From Williopsis jadinii (lineage: Eukaryota), in the NCBI GenBank assembly GCA_024346625.1, contig AP024665.1, positions 496,001 to 560,000 of the forward strand: a DNA stretch of 64,000 bases, written 5' to 3'. Below are positions 50,548 through 60,954 of the stretch, one piece after another. The position numbers and the translations under genes are program-made. Position 1 is the stretch's first letter. Every line of letters starts with the position of its first letter. The notes below the pieces were generated by a model. That model was not told the origin of the DNA. It worked only from the letters and a program-made list of their open reading frames with translations, and ran no database searches.

Positions 50548-52665
50548 ATGAACGAGCACAAGGTCTTCACAAAAGTATGATTCGTCCATTCTTCGTTTGA
50601 GTAGCTCATTGTGACGTCTTACTAACAACCTGGGGTCCGGCAGTTACGGGCTAATGATATACTCCTGGAGTTGCAACAGGTGGACAAGAAGAAGAGTGCT
50701 TCTTCCAAGAAGAAACTGGTGATGAAGAAGGCGATCGCAAACGTTACAATGGGTAACCTGGATATGATAAATTTATTTCCAGAAGTTGTGAAGCTTTTCG
50801 AGACAGATGACGTTGAGATGAAGAGAATGTGCTACCACTACCTCCATGCGTATGCGCTGGCTAAACCTGACATTGCCCTACAGGCCTTGCCGTTTATTCT
50901 GGCCGATCTTCGATCCAACTATTCGATTGTGCTGGCATTGGCATTACGAAACATATCCTCAATCCCAGTGAAGGAGTTTCTGAGAGAAGCGGTGAGACCG
51001 ATTAGAGCTGCTTTGAACAGTAAGGATGCATTCATACGCAAAACCGCTCTGTTTGCCGTTGCGAGACTCTACGAGAAGGACCCAAACCTGGTGTTGAACG
51101 AAGGTCTCATAGATGACGTGCGTCACTTCATCGATGACGGTAATAGCTCCGTGGTTGCAGCTGCCCTGCAAACATTATACGACATTTCAGAGAAGGGAAA
51201 TGACTTCACATTGAAATTATCAACATCACAGGCTATAAGCATCGCTGACCACTTACCCAGAACAGACGAGTGGTCACAAGTATTTATACTGAACTCTCTT
51301 ATGTCATTTGTACCTGAAACGCATGAGGATTCAATGATTCTGATTGATAAGGTGATTGCGATGCTTCAGCATTCGAACTCCGCAGTGGTTATGAATGCAC
51401 TGAAAGTGTTGATCTACCTTATAAACTTTGTCGAGATTATTGAGGAATACCTAACAAAGAAGATCGCAACATCACTGACATCGCTTCTCTCAAGACCTCC
51501 AGAGATCCAGTTCCTTGCTTTGAGAAACGTTATCCTTCTAACTTTGAGTAAACCCAAACTTATTCCATTCGAGGTTTCCCATTTCTTTTGTGAATATAAC
51601 GATCCTATATATGTCAAGGATACCAAATTGGAGATTATTTATCTGTTGGCCAACGAATCAAACCTGGAAGCTGTGCTCCATGAGCTAGAGGAGTACGCAA
51701 CTGACGTTGATGTGCAAATGTCAAGAAAGGCTATCAGAGCATTGGGAAACCTTGCCGTTAAGATGGAAGTTGCTGCTAAGCCATGTGTTGATGTGATGCT
51801 GGAATTGTCAAGTAGTGGGATTGATTATGTCGTTCAAGAGACAATCATAACGTTTAAAAACGTATTGAGAAAATATGACACATTTGACTCCCTCATACAA
51901 GACATTTTGCAGTATTCTGATAAAGTGGAGGAGCCTGAGGCAAGATCTGCGTTGATTTGGATTGTAGGGCAATATTCAAATGACATTCAGAATGCAAGCA
52001 AAGTATTGGAGGAACTTGTTTCAACTTTTGTCGAAGACCCATATGATGTCCAATTAGCGTCGCTTACAGCATGTGTCAAACTCTTCATAAAACAACCAGA
52101 AAAGGGTGAAAAGTTGGTGATTGACATCTTGAGATGTGCAACTGAAGAGGTTGACCATCCAGACGTCAGATATCGTGGGTTCTTTTACTGGAGGTTATTA
52201 TCGGCACAGGACAAGTATCCAGGAACCGCAAAGGAGATCGTTGATGGTGATATCCCACACATATCTGGCGAGAATGAGCAGTTAGACCCTGTTATTCTAG
52301 AGGAACTTGAACTGAATATCGGTACATTATCATCAATTTATCTAAAACCTGTCGGTCAAGTATTTCGTCTCGCTAAACGCAGACTACTACCGAAGAGTCA
52401 GGCAAGAACCATTGTCACTGCAGCATCACCGATATCGCCTAGTTCATCATCCTTTGCAAGAGCTCGTGCAGGCAGTACAGCAGCAAGCTCGAATAGTGAC
52501 CACTCTACACCACCACCTCGTCATATTGATGATTATGATGTCCCAGCTGTCAATGTGAAATCCATGAAGAAGCAAGGTCTTTCTCGTCGTTTGACTCTTT
52601 CCAAGCCCAATCTTTCTAAATCAAATCTCTCAAGGAAGTTCTCTGTGAGAGGTTTTGGCAACTAA
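50548..52665 (+). CDS. APL1: AP-2 complex beta adaptin; exons 50548-50574 and 50644-52665, 682 aa
   Basis: Spliced N-terminus MNEHKVFTKLRANDILLEL; adaptin N domain (IANVTMGN, FFCEYNDPIYVKDTKLEI, YATDVDV.MSRKAIRA, PDVR.RG.FYWRLL). Confidence 0.92.
50575..50643 (+). other. Spliceosomal intron of APL1 (69 nt)
   Basis: GTATGA 50575, TACTAAC 50620-50626, CAG 50641-50643; phase 0. Confidence 0.9.
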
Positions 52666-52693
52666 TGTACATTGACGTGTTATTACTTTCTGT

Positions 52694-55600
52694 CTATTCA
52701 GTATCATCTTCTTTAGGTATCGTACTCAATGGAGCTGTAGCCTTCCTGACATCGATAATTTGAACATCTGATGAAAACTTCACAGGCAGGCCAGCCGGAA
52801 CGATAGTTTCAACTTTGATTTCAGGCATATTCGGCTCAGGCCCATCAGGTATGCTATCCATGTCGAATTCGACACCAAGAATCACTTTCAGAATCACTTC
52901 AGCAGCAGGTTTGGATAGAACCAATGAATTCTCCTTACAAAATGCCGCAGCAACACAATCAGGACAACCCCATTCACATTCACACTCCTCAATACATTTC
53001 AAGGCATCCTGTAAGAGTTCTTGAATGTGATCAAATGCTTTGATTGATAGACCAGACCCATACTGACCACCTTTAGCATCGTGAAAGATCAGTCTCGCTG
53101 GCCTTTTACGACTGGTCTGTCTCTCAGCAAATTCCTTCTCAGGAGCTTTACATTCAGTGTGGATCTCATCGGTGCCACTGGTGATAATCAATGGCATCAT
53201 ACCCATTATTGCATGCTGAGCTCCGTGTATACCTCCCGCAGCATTCAATGACTTATACGTTAGTATATCCAGTGCCTTGGTGGGTATATCTATCCACAAA
53301 CCTTTAGATCTGATAACAACTGGTGGATTATGGACTTCAACGGCATCAAGGATTCTCTTCTGTCTGTCAACTTTATAGAAGCCAAAAACAGTGATTGTTG
53401 TGACAATTTTCCCAAAGTAGATAGGCACATCGCTATTTTCAATAGACCTCACTCTTTCAATTTCCTTTGGATCAACATCAGTAAAGTCTCTTTGACTTGT
53501 TACCCAATCAACATCAACCCTTTCCACCTTGGCGTAATGTTCATCAACATTAAATTCCCTCACAAGGTATGGATAACCCTGATGAATAAAGATTCCCCCT
53601 TCATAGAGGGTAAAACTAGTTCGTGAGGCCTCCACTTCTTCAATGACGATGTTGCGGTTGTTTGTTATATCAACAACCGCATATTGGTCTTCTTCAATGC
53701 CTCGAATGGATACATATTTAGAAGGCCAAGGAAGATATCTGTTTGCTGTGTGGTAGCCGTCTTTATCGTGTTCGAGCTTTGGAAGTGCTTTATCCATGTT
53801 TGGAAAGAACTGTGCATCATTGTCTGTTATAGGCAGCTCAAACGCAGCACATTGCAAGTGCCCCTCTAAGACCAGCATGTTCTCAAAGTCCAATACCAAG
53901 TCTTGAAATTCCCTCTTGGTCAACAAATCGGGATGCTTGATATAATGTTGGTCCACAGGGGAATCACTTCCAACGACCAGGGTTAACGAGTCCTTATTAC
54001 GTCTACCTGCTCTTCCGGATTGTTGATGAAAGTTTGACAAGGATAAGGGAAATCCACACATCAGCACAGCATCCAGACCACCGATATCAATACCCAGTTC
54101 CAAGGCATTGGTAGATATAACAGCAGACAAGTTGCCGTGGAACATCTCCTGTTCAATCTTACGACGGTCAGAAGCAGAATAACCACCTCTGTAACTCATT
54201 ATTTGAGCCACCAGGTCGGGCTGGTTCATTTCATGAAGTAAGTTCCTGACTTCTTTCATGAGTAATTCACATACACGGCGAACATAACAAAATGCTATGG
54301 TGCGTACGTTATTCAACATCAACTTCACCAATATCTTTGCCGACTCTGCGATGAAGTTCTCCCTTCCTGCTGCTAAGTCCTTCGAGTTGATGAGAGGTGG
54401 GTTCCAGACAACAAGGTGCTTCTGACCAGTTGGAGATCCATCCTTTTCAACATGAATGATATTTTCAACACCAAAGATCGCATTCATATGCTTTACTGGA
54501 TCTTTCAATGTTGCAGAACAAGAGATGAATTGAAGATTGTGATTCCCTAAGAATTCACAAACCCTTCTCAATCTTCTCATGACCAATGCAACGTGTGATC
54601 CAAAGAGTCCCTTATAGATGTGTAACTCGTCAATGACGACAAATCTGAGATTCAGGAGGAAATGCCTCCATGACTGGTGGTTTGGCAATATACTCGTGTG
54701 TAACATATCAGGATTCGTAAAGATAACCCTTGCGTTGTTCTTGATATCAGCTCTTCTTGAAGCTTCTGTATCACCGTCAAACGTATCAACGAGCGAGGTG
54801 AGTCTCATCTTATTCATCAGGTATTGAAATGATCTCTTTTGATCCTGAGCTAAAGCCTTTGTCGGGAAGATATACATTGAACATGTCTGTGGGACGTTTT
54901 CCAGCAAGTCAAGAACAGGCACCTGGTAGATAAGCGACTTACCTGATGACGTTGAGGTAGAGATGATCACATTACTTCCCTGGTGGATTGCATTCAGAGC
55001 CTCTGCTTGGTGTGAATAAAACCCCGAAGGAATATCCAACGCTTCCTTCAAGTTCTCTGTGATTTCGAAGTCCAACACTTCATAACAGGCTTCTCGTTCT
55101 GGAATAACAAACTCACCAGCTATTTGATTTCTATAGTTGGTAGTCTTCAGACTTTCAATCAGCGCTGGAATCGGTGGTCTCTCTTCTCCTGGTTCTAACC
55201 TTCTGTTGTTCACCATTTGCTCAATAGGATCAACGTAATTACGTCTTCTTGGGGCCAAAGGTCCCGCAAGCTCCCTCAGATGCTGTTCAGGGTTCTCTAT
55301 ACCTTTCTCAGAGCATGATTCCAAGTACTCATTTGCAGCTTGTATAAATTTGTTTGTTCTCTTCTGTATCAGCTTCTTCATAGACTCCGGGGTATAACTC
55401 GGCATCTTCATTTCAGTGTAGAATGCTGATTTCGTCCTGGTCTTTGATAAGTTGCCATCTATGAACTCAAACACGAGGACCTGTTCAGTGAGCTCCATGT
55501 CTCTCAGCTTGAACAGATCCAGATCCTTTTGAATATGGCCCTTTTGCCATTGAAACTCCTTCTTCTCAGTCAAGAACTGGTTCTCATCAACATATTTGAA

Positions 55601-55885
55601 CAGCACATCGTCTGGCAGCAGCACAGCAAGCATGGCGCCGTCTTCCAATGTCAGCTCCCTACCAATAGCCTTCTCCACGGGTTGTTTCAACGTTTCAAAC
55701 TTTGGTATTATCTGTCTTCTTGAGGAGATGAAGGTAAAGTACGAATTCAGCCTGAAGTGGATCTTCTCCAACTCTTTCAACCATTCCGGCCAGTGATCCT
55801 TGGACAAGTTATCCACCTTCCTTTTCTTGGCCCTATGATCATTCACATCATCGTCTTCTCGATTATTCATCTTTGTCTCAGCCAT
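52694..55885 (-). CDS. HRQ1: RecQ4-like DNA helicase Hrq1
   Basis: YSHQAEA, TSTSSGKS, PTKALAQDQ, DELH, SAT, QQSGRAGRR, C-terminal DUF1998 CECEWGCPDC. Confidence 0.95.
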   Translation of the reverse strand: MAETKMNNREDDDVNDHRAKKRKVDNLSKDHWPEWLKELEKIHFRLNSYFTFISSRRQIIPKFETLKQPVEKAIGRELTLEDGAMLAVLLPDDVLFKYVDENQFLTEKKEFQWQKGHIQKDLDLFKLRDMELTEQVLVFEFIDGNLSKTRTKSAFYTEMKMPSYTPESMKKLIQKRTNKFIQAANEYLESCSEKGIENPEQHLRELAGPLAPRRRNYVDPIEQMVNNRRLEPGEERPPIPALIESLKTTNYRNQIAGEFVIPEREACYEVLDFEITENLKEALDIPSGFYSHQAEALNAIHQGSNVIISTSTSSGKSLIYQVPVLDLLENVPQTCSMYIFPTKALAQDQKRSFQYLMNKMRLTSLVDTFDGDTEASRRADIKNNARVIFTNPDMLHTSILPNHQSWRHFLLNLRFVVIDELHIYKGLFGSHVALVMRRLRRVCEFLGNHNLQFISCSATLKDPVKHMNAIFGVENIIHVEKDGSPTGQKHLVVWNPPLINSKDLAAGRENFIAESAKILVKLMLNNVRTIAFCYVRRVCELLMKEVRNLLHEMNQPDLVAQIMSYRGGYSASDRRKIEQEMFHGNLSAVISTNALELGIDIGGLDAVLMCGFPLSLSNFHQQSGRAGRRNKDSLTLVVGSDSPVDQHYIKHPDLLTKREFQDLVLDFENMLVLEGHLQCAAFELPITDNDAQFFPNMDKALPKLEHDKDGYHTANRYLPWPSKYVSIRGIEEDQYAVVDITNNRNIVIEEVEASRTSFTLYEGGIFIHQGYPYLVREFNVDEHYAKVERVDVDWVTSQRDFTDVDPKEIERVRSIENSDVPIYFGKIVTTITVFGFYKVDRQKRILDAVEVHNPPVVIRSKGLWIDIPTKALDILTYKSLNAAGGIHGAQHAIMGMMPLIITSGTDEIHTECKAPEKEFAERQTSRKRPARLIFHDAKGGQYGSGLSIKAFDHIQELLQDALKCIEECECEWGCPDCVAAAFCKENSLVLSKPAAEVILKVILGVEFDMDSIPDGPEPNMPEIKVETIVPAGLPVKFSSDVQIIDVRKATAPLSTIPKEDDTE

Positions 55886-56091
55886 AGCTCACTAGCATTG
55901 GTTGCTGTTCTCCAATGATGTTGAGCCTGGTACTCCTCTCTACAGTTTTTCCGGCTTTTAGTTCCATCGAAGCAACTTCAACAAAGTACAATTATCACTA
56001 CTTATACATAGTAGACGGAAAGCATTTTTCTTTTATTCGTTAAATGATAATGATAATGTAAAGTAAACAATTGGTTTATGGTACGGAATGT

Positions 56092-58998
56092 TCACACCTG
56101 AGCATGGGACTGTTCTTCCTTCTCAGCTAATATACGGTTTCTCAAGATCAGACGGCCACTCAGCACATCGCTAACCTCGTTTATCTCCTCCCAGTGCACG
56201 TTCAAGGACTTTCTCAGCTTGATGTCGGCTTCGTGCTCCCAAAGCTCTTCAATGGATGTGAACTTGAGCTCGGATCCCTTCACGCCGATGACAGCAGCGG
56301 ACGGCGTGTTGTCACCAACAGTGGAGACCTTACGTCCATCCACGTACTTAAATCTGAGGTACTTGTCAGATCCTTCCAAGTCAACACTGTTGATACGCTC
56401 GTTCCACTCTTCGATGAATTTACAACACTTGATGGCGAATCTTGAGGCGTTGACTCTGTCTTGAGAAGATGGTGCACCACCTTGTTGGACGTGACCAGGA
56501 ACTGCGGTTCTGGTTTCGAACTTCTTGGATGATTCACCAATGATATCGGCAATCAAGCTGGTTGTGAAGATATCTGAAGCTGTTTCGTTACGAATCAACA
56601 GCTTACCAGTACGGTTCAGGCCTTGATCAACGGTGAAGTTCTCCTTCAAAAGTGAAATGTCCTCTTGGATGGTTCTCAACGTGATCTTCTTCTCTGGCAA
56701 GTACACTGCAACGGCACCTGTAACCAGTCCAATGTAGGATGCAATGTAACCAGAATGACCACCTTGGACTTCCACAACAAACACACGTCTTCTAGACGAA
56801 GAGGCAGATTGTTTCACGGCATCACAGTATCCAACCAAAGAGTTCAGACAGGTATCACAACCAAGTGAATATTCAGTACCTGGAACGTTGTTTGAAACGG
56901 TAGCTGGAATCAGGGTCATAGGGATGTTAAAGACTGGGAATTCCTTTCTGGCTTCGGACAATTCGTGCAAGGAAGTGAAACCTTCAAAGCCACCAATGAT
57001 GATCAACCCATCAAAGTGATACTTCTGGAAGTAGAATGCAACGGCACCAATGTCCATAGATGGCAAAGTACGGTTCGTACCGATATCGGATGCACCAGTG
57101 TTGTGCCAGTGAGCAACATCTCCCCAGCTCAGCTTTTCAACAGAGCCATGGCGAATCAATCCACTGAAACCGTTTTGAATGGCATATGGTGTGTGTCCAC
57201 GAGATAAACAGTACAGAGTGGCAGCCCTGGTGGCAGCATTCAAACCCGCAGAAGATGCACCAACATGGACAATAGCAATGTTCAAACGCTTGTCCTCAGG
57301 TAGGATTTGCTTACCATCATCACCCTGGGACAAAGACAAGAAGTTTGAATATGACTCCAAAAAGTCGTTCGAACGAAGATTGATGGCCGTGTCGAAATCT
57401 CTAGCTTCAATGGCAGAAGCAACTTTCTTTGTTTGTTTAACTGCCTCAACCAAGGGAGTACGGATGATCTTGTTCTCCAAGATACCGATGAGAGGAGATG
57501 GGTCTGAAGGCGTAAGATCCAACACAGCCTTGACTGCTTCGACACCTTGCATCGTTGCGAGCAATCTATCATATGCAACGGCCGTACCACCACGCTGGAC
57601 GTGTCCCAAAGTGGTGATTCTGGTGTCAAGTCCCAGATCGACAAGAACGTCTTTAACGTCTTCTGGCGTGACTGGATTCAGCTCTGAGTCCAACGCACCT
57701 TCAGCGACAATGACTGTAGTGGTACGTCTTCCTTTCGCTCTATGACGAGCACAAACTTCCTTCAGCTCCTCTCTCCAGGTCTTTGAGTCTGCAGCTCTTT
57801 CAGGAACAAAGATATAATCAGCACCGGTGGTGATACCAGCGTTCAAAGCCAACCAACCGCAGTGTCTACCCATAACCTCCACGACGAAAGCACGGGAATG
57901 GGAAGTGGCAGTGGCATCGATGTAATCCACCATTTCGGTGATACGTTCCAAAGAAGACGCAGCACCGATGGTCGTGTCGGTTCCCGACATGTCGTTGTCA
58001 ATTGAACCCACCAGTCCAACAATGGTTAAATGTCTGTGCAAGTCAGCCTTTTCCTTCGTGATCTGTTTGGTTTCAACCAGCTCATCCAACAGAGATGGCC
58101 ATTCAGCTCTGAACAAGTCCGCACCTGTTAATGAACCATCACCACCGCACACGATGAGAGAATCGATACCATTGTCAATCATGTTCTTTGCACCGGCAAC
58201 ACGACCCCATCTTTCACGGAATTCCGCACAACGAGCAGTACCGATCAGCGTACCACCGAGAGCCAGCCAGCCACGAACGTCGTCCCACTCCATCTTCTTC
58301 AACAGATCGCCACCTTTCACCAAGCCGGTGTAGCCCTCATAAACTGCAAACACGTCGCAACCGTAAAAGATACCAGCACGCACCACAGCACGCACCACGG
58401 CGTTCATACCCTGGGAATCACCACCGGACGTCATCACGGCGATCTTCTTCTTCTTCTTCTGCGTTGGAGCCGCCAGGTCCTCGATATCAACGCTCTTAGG
58501 CAGAGGCTGCTCATGGAAGTAATCTCCCGTGATCGTACCGGTAAGCGGGTTCGGGAACGTCACAAAGGTCAGGCTATTGCCCAGGGGATCGTGCGAGACA
58601 ACCTGGCCATCCTCAATCGCAGCTCCCAGCACACTGGACACCTTCTCCAAATTTGTTGTGAAGAACCCCAGGTGCACCGACGCGCCGTCACCTGTTGCAA
58701 CGACAACGTCAGCAGTTGTCAGCCTGATCTTCACGACAACACCCTCACTCTGAATGCTGTTGCTCTCTTGCAAGGGCACCCTGTTCACACCTTGGAACTG
58801 GCCCAGCTTGAAGGACTCCAGCCATGTCTCCTTCAGCGAGTCGTGCGCAACACCTTTCGACGAACTCAGCTGCGAAATGTTTCTGTCAAAGCTTCTGATA
58901 AGCGTGAACCCTAGCTTGCGGTAGTACTGTACCGTCTCTGTGTACTTGCTGCTGTCTCCAGTAGCAAGCGACGTGTAGGCAACTCCTGTGACTGTCAT
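56092..58998 (-). CDS. PFK1: 6-phosphofructokinase alpha subunit
   Basis: N-terminal extension (DSLKETWLESFKL) characteristic of alpha; MTSGGDSQGMNA, GGDGS, SIDND, EVMGRHCG; regulatory half ATVSNNVPGT. Confidence 0.95.
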   Translation of the reverse strand: MTVTGVAYTSLATGDSSKYTETVQYYRKLGFTLIRSFDRNISQLSSSKGVAHDSLKETWLESFKLGQFQGVNRVPLQESNSIQSEGVVVKIRLTTADVVVATGDGASVHLGFFTTNLEKVSSVLGAAIEDGQVVSHDPLGNSLTFVTFPNPLTGTITGDYFHEQPLPKSVDIEDLAAPTQKKKKKIAVMTSGGDSQGMNAVVRAVVRAGIFYGCDVFAVYEGYTGLVKGGDLLKKMEWDDVRGWLALGGTLIGTARCAEFRERWGRVAGAKNMIDNGIDSLIVCGGDGSLTGADLFRAEWPSLLDELVETKQITKEKADLHRHLTIVGLVGSIDNDMSGTDTTIGAASSLERITEMVDYIDATATSHSRAFVVEVMGRHCGWLALNAGITTGADYIFVPERAADSKTWREELKEVCARHRAKGRRTTTVIVAEGALDSELNPVTPEDVKDVLVDLGLDTRITTLGHVQRGGTAVAYDRLLATMQGVEAVKAVLDLTPSDPSPLIGILENKIIRTPLVEAVKQTKKVASAIEARDFDTAINLRSNDFLESYSNFLSLSQGDDGKQILPEDKRLNIAIVHVGASSAGLNAATRAATLYCLSRGHTPYAIQNGFSGLIRHGSVEKLSWGDVAHWHNTGASDIGTNRTLPSMDIGAVAFYFQKYHFDGLIIIGGFEGFTSLHELSEARKEFPVFNIPMTLIPATVSNNVPGTEYSLGCDTCLNSLVGYCDAVKQSASSSRRRVFVVEVQGGHSGYIASYIGLVTGAVAVYLPEKKITLRTIQEDISLLKENFTVDQGLNRTGKLLIRNETASDIFTTSLIADIIGESSKKFETRTAVPGHVQQGGAPSSQDRVNASRFAIKCCKFIEEWNERINSVDLEGSDKYLRFKYVDGRKVSTVGDNTPSAAVIGVKGSELKFTSIEELWEHEADIKLRKSLNVHWEEINEVSDVLSGRLILRNRILAEKEEQSHAQV

Positions 58999-59317
58999 TG
59001 TGCCAATGTAATCTACTTGTATGCCTTTCTTTCTTCAATTGATTGTACAACACCCTGGAAAAGGCCTGGGAAACGCTTCAGGGGAAAACAGGTTAGCTGC
59101 TCAAGGCCAAAATTTATATTCCATGATGCCATCGAGCCATCCCATTCCCTCCCCTGGTGCGCAGCAGCGGGAAAAATGTACCGCTGCATCACACGGTGTC
59201 AACAACATCCCGACACCACATGTGTTGAGCCACTTTACTGCGAGCTGTGCTACGGTCTACAGAGAAGTACATGTTATTGGGCATGGGCGGTAAGCATTAG
59301 TTTGAGGGTATACGCGG

Positions 59318-60580
59318 TCAGTGGGTTTGGAACACGAGACTGACACCTTCGTCACCTGCGGTGATGAGCTTGTTGGCGTGGTCGACGACGGCAAAGTCGA
59401 GGATGCCCATGTTGTGTCCGACGCCGACAAACAGCTCCTCGCCTGTACGGGCGTCCCACTTGTAGATCTTGCCATTCATGGAGGAGCCGACGAGGAACGG
59501 TGTGTGTGGTATGAAGTACACCTTGGTGATGGCGTCGTCGAGCTGGATGCTGTGTCTTTCTCTCCACGTCTTTGTGTCGAAGAGGATGAGCGAGCCGGAC
59601 ACCAGTCCGATGGCCATCAGTGGCAGGGTGTCGCTCCAGGTGATGGACTCCACGGACCCGTCCAGCTCGTCCTGGTCTTCCTTGAGTTCGATGACTCTGA
59701 AAGCACTGAGGAGCGTGCCGCTGGCGACGTTTACAACGGCGAGCGTGCCTTCGTTGGAGCCAACAGCAAGGATGTGTGAACGGGGTTGTAGAGATGCCGT
59801 GATCCAGGGTAATTTCTGTCCCTTGAAGTCAGTTTCGCCCAGCTTGAAGTAAGGAGTGGACGTGTATGCGTTCCAACCGACTATGGATCCATCTGTTGAA
59901 ACTGTGACAAGGGTCAGGGAGTCGAGGTCATCGGTGTTGACAAACACACCAGCAGTACACTCTGCTTGATGCGAGAACCCACTCATGATTTGCTCCAAAG
60001 TTGGGGTCAATTGATAGACCCAGACGGATCCATCCGCAGCACCAAATGCAAATATAGGCTGCGATGGATGCACTGTGATCCAAACAACCTCTTCAACCTC
60101 GTCCAGCTCGCCATACAGCTTCCAAACTTGACCACCCTTTGTGGACTGATGGATGAGAATCTTCCCCGCCATATCACCCGTGATAAGGAATTCTCCATCA
60201 CCTGTGAATCCACCAGTGATGACAGACTCCTTGTGGCCTTTAATCTGCTGTGCAAACTTTGGCGGCTGTGAATGAGAAGTCCACATGTAAACAGTGTTAT
60301 CACCACCACCTGTAGCAACAAGCGGCAATTTTGGGTGTGTTAAAACAGTGAAAACAGAGTCCTCGTGCTTGTCAAAGTACGTCCATGAGTTATTAGCCAT
60401 ATCAATCTCGATCTTGTCCTCATCATCCCCATCTTCTTCCATTGGCTCGGCCTGTTGATCTCCAAGTTGTTCCTCATCATCATCACTGATTGGTTCAGGC
60501 TCAGCAGTCTCTTCCAGAACCTCTTGTACCTCGTTCACTTGAACGAACTCTTGCTCTTGATCTTCTGGTACTTCAGACAT
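59318..60580 (-). CDS. SQT1: WD40 ribosome assembly chaperone for uL16 (Sqt1)
   Basis: Acidic N-terminus, IEIDMANNSWTYFDKH.DSVF, GH.MGILDF, ITAGDEGVSLVF; ATG at 60580. Confidence 0.94.
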   Translation of the reverse strand: MSEVPEDQEQEFVQVNEVQEVLEETAEPEPISDDDEEQLGDQQAEPMEEDGDDEDKIEIDMANNSWTYFDKHEDSVFTVLTHPKLPLVATGGGDNTVYMWTSHSQPPKFAQQIKGHKESVITGGFTGDGEFLITGDMAGKILIHQSTKGGQVWKLYGELDEVEEVVWITVHPSQPIFAFGAADGSVWVYQLTPTLEQIMSGFSHQAECTAGVFVNTDDLDSLTLVTVSTDGSIVGWNAYTSTPYFKLGETDFKGQKLPWITASLQPRSHILAVGSNEGTLAVVNVASGTLLSAFRVIELKEDQDELDGSVESITWSDTLPLMAIGLVSGSLILFDTKTWRERHSIQLDDAITKVYFIPHTPFLVGSSMNGKIYKWDARTGEELFVGVGHNMGILDFAVVDHANKLITAGDEGVSLVFQTH

Positions 60581-60689
60581 CTTGAAACACGTATTCAAAT
60601 GATGCAAAAGGCCTGCCAATGTAGTAGTTGGCCAGTTATGAAAGCTTTACAACCTCTTTAGAACCACACGTAGAAAGCAACAAGGTAGG

Positions 60690-60806
60690 GAAAATTTTTT
60701 AAAATCCGAGGGCGATGAGATGTGGCTCCAAATTCCGAGGCCGCCGTAGCGCCAGGAGAAAAAAACACATCCCTACACCACCTCGGCAATCGGGATCGCT
60801 TACCCG
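60690..60806. promoter_or_regulatory. RRPE + PAC + Reb1 site in the SQT1/EGH1 divergent promoter
   Basis: GAAAATTTTTT 60690-60700, GCGATGAG 60712-60719, TTACCCG 60800-60806. Confidence 0.75.
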
Positions 60807-60954
60807 TCGCTCAGCGCCTACAAACGACCGGCCCTTAGTTAATACTCTCACGATAAGGAGAGTGGTTCCAAAGCCATTGATCCCCAGTTAAAATAGGCGA
60901 GTGGAGCTTCTTCAGTTCATCACAATCGCTACAAACACACTGTACTCGATCAAA

